DNA of 34,364 nucleotides from NCBI GenBank assembly GCA_001724265.1, contig MEDY01000322.1, positions 1 to 34,364 on the forward strand. The letters are read 5' to 3'. This document shows, piece after piece, positions 22,702 through 32,880 of the stretch; the first letter of the stretch is position 1; each line of letters starts with the position of its first letter. A program made the position numbers and the translations under genes. The DNA is from Rhizaria sp. SCN 62-66 (lineage: Eukaryota). Below the pieces are notes generated by a model. That model made no database searches. It was given only the letters and a program-made list of their open reading frames with translations, and was not told the origin of the DNA.

Positions 22702-25700
22702 TCAACTCAGGAAAAGCCTCTTGAATTCCGCTGTGCGAAACACTTCGAACTCCTTCGCTGTGTCTTTGCTGTTTGCAAAATACTCCGCCACTGCCCGCCG
22801 CTTTGACTGAGCAATTGCGTTGAACGCATCACGCACGCGCTTTGCACGCCGCTCAGTCCGCAAACGCGCGTAGTCACTTGGAGATGGAAAGAGGTTCTTT
22901 TGCAAGCCGTGACGCTTTGAACATTGAGAGACGTGTGTGTGCATTTCAGCCATGCCGTTCGTAACAACGTTAAAACACACGCCGCAAAAGCAGTGGTCAT
23001 ATGATCCTGTGTTGCACGAGTCGTCGTCCTGCTTCCGTTCGTTGTGAATGCACGACACAGCTGCGCAGCCTTCCCAGTCAATGACAAACCGCCGGCACGA
23101 AGGCTTGGGGCAGCGGTCAAGCAGGGCCTCGCGAACTGTAGCAATTTCCTTGGCATGCTGCTGCTCAAACACGGTTGAACGGGCAAACTCGGGATCACCC
23201 ATAGGGTAAGTGCACTTGCACGAAACGCAGCGAAAGTCTTTCCCTTTTATCGAGGCCTCTGTTTAAAAAATATTAATAGTACAGTGTACAGATAATGACA
23301 TGGACATTAAAGAAAACCAATGTGAGAAATTACCACAAATGCGTTTGCTTTTGGATTAAAACACAAATCACTCATATAGGTTATAGAACCAACGTTTTTG
23401 TTTAATGGTGCACAAATAAATATTTTGTTTGACGTACTGTTATCAATGAGATTTGTCGCGAGTTGAACCTCTGAACACTTGGTTGCAGGGCACTTGACAT
23501 ACTTGACTTCCTTTTGCGCAGCAAGAAAGTCGTCGCGAGACTTTGTAAGCATCGCGTGTATGTCGTCTTTGGAAAGTGCGGCCCATGGCACGTCACGTAA
23601 CTGGTATGGCTTCTTGCAGACGCCGCAGTGGCATCCGTCACGCTTGATGTTGGCAACAGCTGCCGAGAGGCAATCAACGCACACAACATGGTTGCACTTG
23701 ATGGGCGCAATGCCAACGTTAAAGCGAGTGATTGTGTCGCCGCAGACAATGCAGCTGTCGGGAGCAACAACGTTCAAGATGTTGCTTGGAGGTTGGTCGA
23801 CATAGTTCTCGGCTGTTCCTGACATTAAAGCAACAAAATCATCAACCTGGCTTTGAGTTCCAGAAAGATAAAACACTTTGTTGAGTAATGATCTTTCATT
23901 CACAGCTGCAGTGACGCTTGTAACGTCTACAGCAGCTTTGAGGACATCAACAGGAATATCATAAACTGACTCAAATTTGACATCAACACACTCGTAAGAA
24001 AGCACTTTCTCTTCAAAAGAGAGCACAGCAGCGCGCACGCGCTCGCACCGGTATGCGTTGCCGTAGAAGTAAACATGTCCTGATTGCGCACACAACTTGC
24101 CCCAGCACCTTTCGCTAGCATCACCACCGTTGCTGAAGCTGCCAACGGTGCCAGTAGTAATATCTGACGTAAAACCCTCGCCGTGTTGACCAAACAGAGC
24201 CGCGAGATGGGCACGCGCGGTCGGACCAGTCATGCGGGAGAGCGCATCGGGACGAGAAGTTGAGATTCTATGCTTGATAAAAGAGAATGTGTTGTGGAAC
24301 GCTTCTTGAGCGCGCATTGCTGCGTGCTCTCCTCCAACCATCACATTAATCTAGTACCGACGCAATTGAGTGCACCAGCTGTCCGAAACGCCAACCTGAC
24401 TCCGAACTCTCATGATATCAAGAGCCTGCTTCAGAAGATCGCACATGTATGACCCCACAGCATGACCGACATCTGGCGGCAACTCCACTGTCATACACAC
24501 CATGTCGCGATACTCAGTCACGTTTTCACCCCACAGTGCTTTGCGATCAAGACTATCTGGGACGAGACTTTCTTCAGTATCAAAAAAGAACAAATCCTCC
24601 TTATCTTTGTGTGTCCGGCCGTACCCGTACATTATTGGTACATCAGACAGCGTAGGATGGCTTGAATAGTAGGCTGATTCCGAGGGCACGCCCCACGTAA
24701 AGCGAGTGCATTTGCGCACGAAAATCTCAGAGGATGTGTAAAAGTCACCATGCTTAACGCATGTAGGAATCATCATTGGTTCTACGTATTTCGATTCATA
24801 AACAGATTTGATAGCTTTAGCATCCGAGTTAGAAGTGCAAAGAACCACGTCATGCACACGTCCTTCTGTGCCTGGGATTCGGGTGACAGAACGCGAGACC
24901 TGAGGCTCCAGTGAAGACAAAAACTGTGGTAGCAATAGGTGTTGCACGCCGCTCTGAGTTTCACCGTTGCACGATGAGGTATTGATGAAGACTGCTGCTG
25001 TTTTAGCGTCTTCGCCAAGCAGCAAGGTCTCTGCCACAAGACCTGCTCCACAGTGCAACGTTGTGCCACAGCCCAGGTCAAAGCAGTAGATCTCTTTCTC
25101 GATGTACCTTAGCGCTTTGACCATTACAGACCTCAGTCCCTCATCAATTAGGCGATTGGGATGCATTGCTCCCAGATAGCGAATATAATTCGCACCAAGA
25201 GAGTAGACACCTTGCCCGCTAGAGTTGTTGTTACAGTTCAATTTGTCTTCCAACTCCGCCTTTGACCCGAAGACTGCGCGAATGATTCCCGTTGAGTAAG
25301 GATTGTCTTCCACAAATATACTCTTCGGGTTGTTTTGGGTGCCCTTAGCCTCGTAGTCACGGAACTCGGTGCCGGCAAGGTTTTTAGCAATTGAGGTAAT
25401 TGTGTCGACAGTCTTGCCGGCGGCGGCCCTCAGTGCATGAACCCAAATTCTAGCGTCAACAGCGTTAAAGCTCGACACAATATCACGTTCAGCCGCGCTA
25501 GCAATCTCAGTAGCCTCTGAAGCGTCCCTAAAAAGGACACCCACCGTCTTCCGCAGATGCCAAAAACACATTAGTAACCTCACTGAGTTCTTGGTGTTAT
25601 TTATGCCATTGCGGTGCTGCTGCGCCAGGAGGGGGTTTTCGGGCTCTGCATCTGTCATGGCGGCCGAAAGCTCATTGCACGCATCAGTCTCGAGCGGGAT

Positions 25701-27974
25701 AATCGCATCAGCCTCCGCGCGCGTTGCAGTCTTTGCGGCACTAAGCGTGCTGAGTCCAGCCAACCGCGCAAAGTTTGCAGACTTGGGCACCACAGCAACA
25801 CTCTGAGGCGACGCAGCGGTTCCGACAGCGGAGGCGGCAGCGGACACAGCCAAACTGTACGCATCGAACGCCTTCTCAGCACGGTTCTTAGCGGAATGAA
25901 TCTTGATCCGAAAGACGATGACAGCATTTTCGAGTTTTTGCAACATGAGGTCGTTGCACGTGTGCGCTCGCAGCGCTAAATGGCAGAGACTGGGAATAAA
26001 CACAGGATTGGCGGAGTTGTTACGCCAGCGTCCTGCATCGAGCTCTAAGCGATCATGCATGGCTCCTCGCTCAGACGCCTGTTCAAAAATCAGCCCGGGC
26101 ACTGCAGCTGCGATCGCGTTCAGGCCAGCGTCATCACTCGGGTTGTCAATAAGTGACAAGAGATGACAGACCAGCACATGTGGTGACACACGCGCGGGGG
26201 ACAACACCGGAAGTGCCAAAGGAGGAGTTTCGGAATCATCGTCGGAATTCTTATACGGTAAAGGCGCCACCGGAGTCAGGGCAAATGCTGTCATCGGCTC
26301 ATCGCCGAACGGCAGCAGCTGCTTTGACGCCGTGCAGGTGCTCACAGAGGGCATCCACACTTGGCCTCGCTTAGGGGACAGCCACTCCAATACAGCTGCA
26401 CGACGAGCATTCTGGAGTCGCGCAATTGCCGCCTCGGCGCCGGGTTTAGGGTGATTAATGTCAAGCTGAAGCATGAACGCAGTGTCATCAAGGCTCAAAA
26501 AACTTACACGCCCAGTTGCGGCGGGATGCGCCCACACCGCAGGCACGCCTGCAACCGAGGGCTGCTTGAGCAGCGGGAGCAGCAGCGGCGTGAAGGCGCC
26601 GCAAGCACCAGCTGCGCTGTGCAGCTGTGTCGTAGTAGTATCTTCAGGCAGGAGCGGAGTCGTTTGAAGCCGTGCAATTACGGGATCAAGACAGCGACGC
26701 AGAAGCTGCAGTGCGCGGCGCTGGCGCTGACTGAGATGAGTGAACTCTGGACCGCTCTTGGGAACATCAAGAAGCAAGCTGAGGATGATCGTGAGAAGTT
26801 CGCTGATGACGCCAAAGCGCACCGTGCTTGAAGAAAACAGCGGAGTGAGTGAGTGCTCGATCCAAAGACCGAATGCGGGTGCGCTGGAAATGAGCTCTAC
26901 AACTGTCTTGGAGTTACCAGTCGCACTTGTAGTGGGATTGAGATGGAACTCCCGTTCAGCAAAGGCGTTCACATCAGCAGCCAGCGCATGTGCTAGCAAC
27001 AATCCCAGAGTGAAAACGCAATAGCTACTGTCGTCATGATGCGGTCCAGGCTGGATGATATTCATAGCGCGCGCTTCCCGATGAATGCCCTCGAAAAATC
27101 GAGAGCAGAACATTTGGTGATTGACTAAAGGAGTCGTCGCGTCCACAATGGAGTGGATTTTTGCGGGACGCGTGGGGGCACGCATGGCAAAGAAGGCGCA
27201 GAGCGCGAGGGACCATTGGCGCTCAGTGTCGGTAGCGGCAAAACTGGCGGCGACGACGGGCACTGACGCGTAATCTAATGTCACAAGAGGACCAACGATA
27301 GAGTCATCAGTGCGTGTAACACCTGCAAGCCAGAGTAATAGTGAAACGTACTCGGGTGAACGCATGGTGTTGAGGTTCTTCTTGGTGTATGCCACGACCA
27401 TTTGCGGCGTGACTTTACTCACATTAGTCACACTCTCTGCGGTGACGTCATTCTCGGCGTTGTAGCAGATCGACAGAAACGTCATTGTGCGGCAGTTCGC
27501 ATAGTTGACGCGCGTGAGCTGCATCAACGCAACTGCAAAATCGATGGCGCCCAGCGCTACGCATAACCGCAGTGCACGGGTGAGGGCTTCCAGAGCAGCG
27601 CCGCGCAGGGCGTGGCAGACTGAGAGCGATGCATCATCATCGTCTTTGGGCAGCGAAACAGCTGACGAGAAGATGCTGCGAACGGCGGCAATGCGCTCCT
27701 TTAGGGACATGCTCACGGTCTGGGGGAAGAGCTCAATAAAAGCCATGTTCCACCATTGCGCTGGAAAATTCTTTGCGTAAGCGATGTTTTCTGGCTTCAG
27801 GGCAAAGTTTAACCACGAAACAAGGTGCGTTGTCACTAGCTCTTGGACTATCTCGACGTGACAGTTCGCAGGGGAGTAGGCAAGTTGGATCTCGAGAGTT
27901 TGCAGCCGAATAAGAAGGTGCCACAAATAATGATATGCAGAAGCACAGGGCGGCATTGTGCTGACTCTGAGCAC
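22702..27974 (-). CDS. Large RBR (RING1-IBR-RING2) E3 ubiquitin ligase-like protein. Model: complement(join(22702..23258,23438..>27974)), with an in-frame TAG at 24351-24353. The 5' end is uncertain (first ATG at 27956).
   Basis: RING1: CIVC..CNHVVCVDC..CGVC. IBR-like: KCPATKC..(intron)..FRCVSC. RING2: RCPKPSC..EGCAAVSC..CFCGVC..H.HVSQC, with a putative catalytic Cys. ORFs 24351..27974 and 23307..24344 are in frame across one TAG. The gene ends at TGA 22702-22704. Confidence 0.82.
23259..23437 (-). other. Spliceosomal intron in the RBR gene (179 nt)
   Basis: A|GTACGT donor, AT-rich body and TTTTTTAAACAG acceptor. The phase-1 join gives NLIDN-K-ASIKGKDFRCVSC, in frame with ORF 22702..23202. 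Confidence 0.8.
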
Positions 27975-28575
27975 TTGCTAAAATAAATGTGCGGCGACTT
28001 CTTTGCGGCCGGAGGGTCTTTAGTAGGAAGTCGAAACACGAGTCAATGGCACGTGAAGTCCAAAGAATTTGGGATGAACAGTTTGATTGAAATAACCGGC
28101 AAAAAAATAACAAAAAAGGGGCGCTTTTGGAGAACATTTATATGTTTAAAAAAAAACAGTAATCTTTCATTCGACGATCTAGATCTGCCTCAGGAGTTTC
28201 TTGGACCTTTGACATGAGGAATATTACAACCTGCTGTTGCCACTTGAATACCATGTTGAAATGACCGTGACCATGAAGAATCATGTGAACGATGTTATTG
28301 TGTATTTGCTCGAGGCGTGTCATCAAATGCAGTACAAAACTGCCCAGACATTGGTAAACCGTAATTCTAATGTAACTAATCTTATCTAGTGGTATAAAAC
28401 ATTCATACAGCTAATATAAGCATTCACTTGTCATAGTGCTTGATAAAAACGGCGATTTGTCACCTAACTCGTTGACGCGCACTCTGGCAGTGAGGTCTGC
28501 AGGCCAGTCAGCCCCCCGCTCGATGCAAGTCGCTCGCGGCCACGACTCCGCGCCACTCAGAGGCGCTGGCGCGGC

Positions 28576-29110
28576 TCACTCGTAGCCCGGCGGCTGGTGC
28601 TGCAGCAGCAGCGCGCGCACGCGGTCTTCGAGCGCAGGCGGCGGCGGCGCGGCCGGCGCAGCAAGCGCGATCGCAGTGGTGTTGGAGCCGCCGCGGCCTT
28701 CGGCTCTGTCGCCTGCGCTATAATCGAGCCCGTGGTCAGGGTCGTGATCGGGGCCGTGGTCAGGGCCCAGCGAGGGCAGCGGCAGCATCTCCAGCTCCCC
28801 TGCGCGCGCAGAGCCTGGAGAGGGCGCGGAAAGTGGAGAGGTCGGCGCGCGGACCGGAGAGGCCGGGACGAGAAGGGGCGACTCCGCCGTCTCCGCGGCT
28901 GAAACCGGAGAGGTCTGCGCCCCTCCAGCGCCAGTGCGCGAAGCTGAGGGCTGCGCGGGCAGCGAGTCCGGACTCTGTCCGTGACTGTAGCCGTCGCAGC
29001 CGTCGCCGTAGCTGTTGTCGCCGAGGCTGTGGCCCGCACTGCCGCTGCCGCTGCCGCCGCCGCTGCCGCCGCCGGGACTGGGACTGGGGCTGCGGCAGTG
29101 GTGGTAGGGC

Positions 29111-29142
<32 letters not shown>

Positions 29143-32100
29143 TTGTTGTTCAGAGGAATCGCCATTCGCAGCGTTGGTGCTGTCGCCGTCGAAACTAAGC
29201 CGCATCGATGGCGGCTTAAGTTCTTCGTCCTCGCCCTCATCACCCTGCTGCGGCTTTGCTGCCGCACTGCCACTGCAACTGTGGCTGCTGGTGTGGCTGC
29301 CACGGCTGCTCCCGACGCTGAGGCCGTCTGCCTCCGAGTCCGTCGCCGCAGCGGCCGCCTCAGAACCGCCACCGAGCCCCGCACCGCCGCGGGGGATGCC
29401 CTGCAGCGTCGACGCAGACTGCAGCGGCGACTGCCGGTCCTGCTGCTGCTGCTGCTGCCTCTGCTTGCGGTGCTGGGCGTAGGCCGGCGAGGATGCCGAA
29501 GACGATGACGGCGACGGCGTCGGTGGGTCGTATAAATACATGTCCCCATCCCCATCCTTGCCGCAGTCCTTGCTCTTGCTCCCATCCGGACCGTGACTTT
29601 GGCCGTGGCCCTCGCGGCCGCGGTCGCGGGGCGGGCTGGGACTGAGGCTCACGGTCACTGACACGGCCGGGCGCAGCCGCGCTGGAGCCGCGGCGGGCGC
29701 AGCGCTGCCAGCAGCAGTGGCGGCAGCAGCAGTAGAACAAGGGGTCGCGCTGGCACCAGCGCGGTGGGGAGAGCCTGTCACGGCGGCGGCGAGCGCGGCG
29801 GCGGCGGCTGCTGGGGAAAACGCCCTGGGCCGGGACTTGGAGCCGCCGCCGCCGCTCGCACTGGCCGCCGCGGCCGAGCTTGCACTCGGATTGCCAGGCG
29901 CAGTCGCACGCGCCCGGGGACTAGCCCGGAGGCTGGTCTTGGCTGCAGCGGCAGTGGTCGCAGCAGGGGCGGCGGCGGCGGCGGTGCTGCTAGCCATGGA
30001 CTGTGGACTCTTGTCTGTGCTCTTGCGAACGCTCTGCGTCTTGATCTTGCTCTGTGCGCCCATGCTCGCTGCGCCGCTGAACGACGCCGCCGCCGACCGC
30101 AGCGGCGACGCGGACGGGGACGCGGACGGAGACACGGAGGAGTTGAGCGAGATGACGCTGACGTCGTCGTCGGCCATGCACGCCGCGCTTAGATGCTGGC
30201 GCGGGGTACTTAGATCCGGGCTCACGGGGGGACTTAGACGCTCGCTGGTCGCCTTGGTCTTGGCGGCCTCGGCCTCCGCAGCGCTGGCGTAGACGCGGGT
30301 GCGCGTGATGACCACGGCCTTGCCGCCGCCGCCGAAGCCGCCGCCGCCGAAGCTGGTGGCGTCCGGGTCAGATCCGTCGCCGTCGTCATTGTTGTTCGCG
30401 TGGGTGGTGTTGTTACGATTGTTGCTACTGGTGTGTCCGTCGTCGTCGTCTGCGTCAGTGTCGGAGTCTGAGAGGTAGAGGCTGGGCTCCGTGTCGATAC
30501 CCAGCACCTCGGTCGGCGCGGCAGCAGGTGCGGTTGCAGCGGCAGCGGCGGTGCGGTCAGCGGGCACAGCGGCCGCGCCATTGGCGGCGACCACGGGCAG
30601 CTGGGGCAGCCGTGGCGTCGACCCCAGCCCGGGACCCGCGGCGTCCGCGGCGGCGGCGTCTCCGACGTCGCTGCGGCCGCGGGCAGCAACTGTGGGCGCA
30701 GAAGCGACCGCGGGCGCCGCAGCGGCAGATGGCACCGCGGCGACTGTGGGCGCGGGGCCGGGGCCCAGACTGGGCCGGCTGAAGCGCGAGACTGAGCGTG
30801 GAGCAGACCGGTCAACAGCAGCAGTTGCAGCAGCAGTCGTCGCGGTTTCGATACCGCGAGCAGTGCCGCGGCTGGGGCTGGGACTGAAGCTCGCCCGGGC
30901 CCGGGGCTGGGGCTGAGGCTGGGGCCGAGGCTGGGGCTGGGGCTAAGGCCGGGGGTTCGCGGCGACAGCGACGCTCGCGGCGGCACTAGAGGCGCTGCCG
31001 AGGTTGGTGTGGGCGCCTGTGCCCGCGCTGCTGGGGCGGGGCCGGGAGCGGGACCGGGCGAGGAACTGAGACTGCTGAGACTGCTGAGATTGCGAGAGCG
31101 AGGGCGAGTGCAAATGGGCGTGGGCAGGGGAAGGGGGGGGACGCGCGCTACGTGGCGTTGCAAGGCCCTTAGACGAGGTGGCGGCAAGCCCCTTAGACTC
31201 GTCGGACTTGAACTCCACACCAGCAGCAGCAGCAGCAGCAGCACCAGGCACGCGCCCCTTGGACTGCGCGCGCTCCCCCCTAGAGGACATCAGAAACTCC
31301 TGAGCACAACTCCCCGCACCCGCACTCGCGCTCGCGCTCGCGCTCGCGCTCGCAGCTGCAGCCGCCGTTGCAGTCGCTGGATCATGTGCATGTGATTGCG
31401 CCTGCGCCCGTGCCTGGGACTGGGCCTGAGCCTGTAACTGTGACTCTGGTTGCGGCTGAGAGGCGGCCGCGCGCGGCGGCGGCGACTGCGGCCGCAGCAC
31501 GGGGATGCGCGACGGCGACATCGCCCGGTCGCGCTCGCGGTCGCGGTCACTGGATGCGTCGTTACCGCCACGGTTCTGGGTTTGCGGCGGACGCTGTGGC
31601 TGCGAATGTGACTGCAATGCAGCCTCAGTCTACGCCCGCGCCTTCGCCTGAGGCTTGGCCTGGGGCCTGGCCTGCGGCTTCGCCTGCATCGGCGCCGGCC
31701 GCGGGCTGGGACCGGGGCTGTGCGCAGCGCGAGAGCTAGCGCCAGAGCCAGAGCCAGAGCTCGGGCGGGCGCGGCCGGCGGCGCCAGGGCCAGTGATGTC
31801 GTAGCGGCTACGCGGCGTGGGGGGCAGTGCAGGCGCAGGCGCGGCAGCAGCGGCAGCGGCGGCGGCGGCGGCTGCTGCTGCGGCGGCGGCGGCGGCAGCG
31901 GCAGCCTCAGCCTTCCTGTTGGCCTCGGACGCGGCCTCCGCCTTGGCGACTGCGGCCGCTGCAGCCGCAGTCGCCGCCGCCGCCGCCGCCGCCGCAGCAG
32001 CCTCGGCAGCAACGGCCACGGCGGCGGCCTCGGCCTCAGCCTGTGCCTTGGCCTCGGACGCGGCGGCCGCCGCGGAGGCCGCGGCGGCGGCGGCGGCCCC

Positions 32101-32836
32101 CGCGGCAGCGGCGGCCTGCGCCTGCGCCTGCGCCTCAGCCTGGGCCTGGGCCTGGGCCTGGGCCTGGGCCTTGGCTTTGTTCTGTGCCACTGCATTCGCA
32201 GCGACAGTGGCAGAGGCGGGGCGAGGCCGCGGGCTGAAGCCTCGGCCGGAGTGACCGTGGGCCGCTGTTGCGGGCGACTGAGAGCGCAGCGCAGTGCGGG
32301 GCGAGTGCGAACGCACGGCTGAGCCGAAAGCAGTCTTTTGGGCAGGGGTCGGGACCGCGACTGAGCCTGCGGCTGCCCTCGTGTAAGAAGTAGTATTGGT
32401 GCTGCTGTTGTTGTTATTGTTGTTTTGTGAGGCTGCAGCGTCGAGCTCGCGGCTTAACTTCCGCGCGACGTCCGTCTGCGCCTCCTTAGACAGCGCCGCC
32501 CCCTTAGACGACGAGGGAGACAGCGCACGCGTGGCAGCGCTACCGAGCCCTTTAGACGCGGCAGCGTCCCCCTTAGACTGCGAGGCCTCAGCACCGCGAG
32601 CGCCCGCGCCCGCGCCGACGCTCGCGCTCGCGGCAACGGGAGACGGAGCTGAGGTCGCGACCGCGACAGGGGAATCAGCCGCAGACGCGGACGCGGTCGC
32701 AGCTGCGGCGTTTGGAGCGCCCGGCACGCGGGCGCCCGCAGCAACGGAGCCGGGGCGCGGGCTAGCCAGCGGCAGCGGCAGTGGCGGCCGGCGCTGCGAG
32801 TGCGCGTTTGACGGTGACGGCGAGGGCGCAGGCGCA

Positions 32837-32880
<44 letters not shown>

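Noticed and set aside
27975-28030. An in-frame TAG (27978-27980) and TAA (28020-28022) upstream of the RBR ORF as further recoded codons
   Set aside because: The context TTATTTTAG|CAA with an upstream TACTAA and a T-rich tract fits an intron acceptor and branch point equally well. The upstream exon could not be fixed, so these were not counted.
3766-31632. Pseudogenes, or tiny introns ending at the TAGs, as the explanation for the internal stops
   Set aside because: All interruptions are TAG, with no frameshifts or internal TGA/TAA, and conserved motifs are intact. The sites lack the AT-rich body, GTACGT donor and pyrimidine tract seen in the real introns. RNA data are still needed for formal exclusion.
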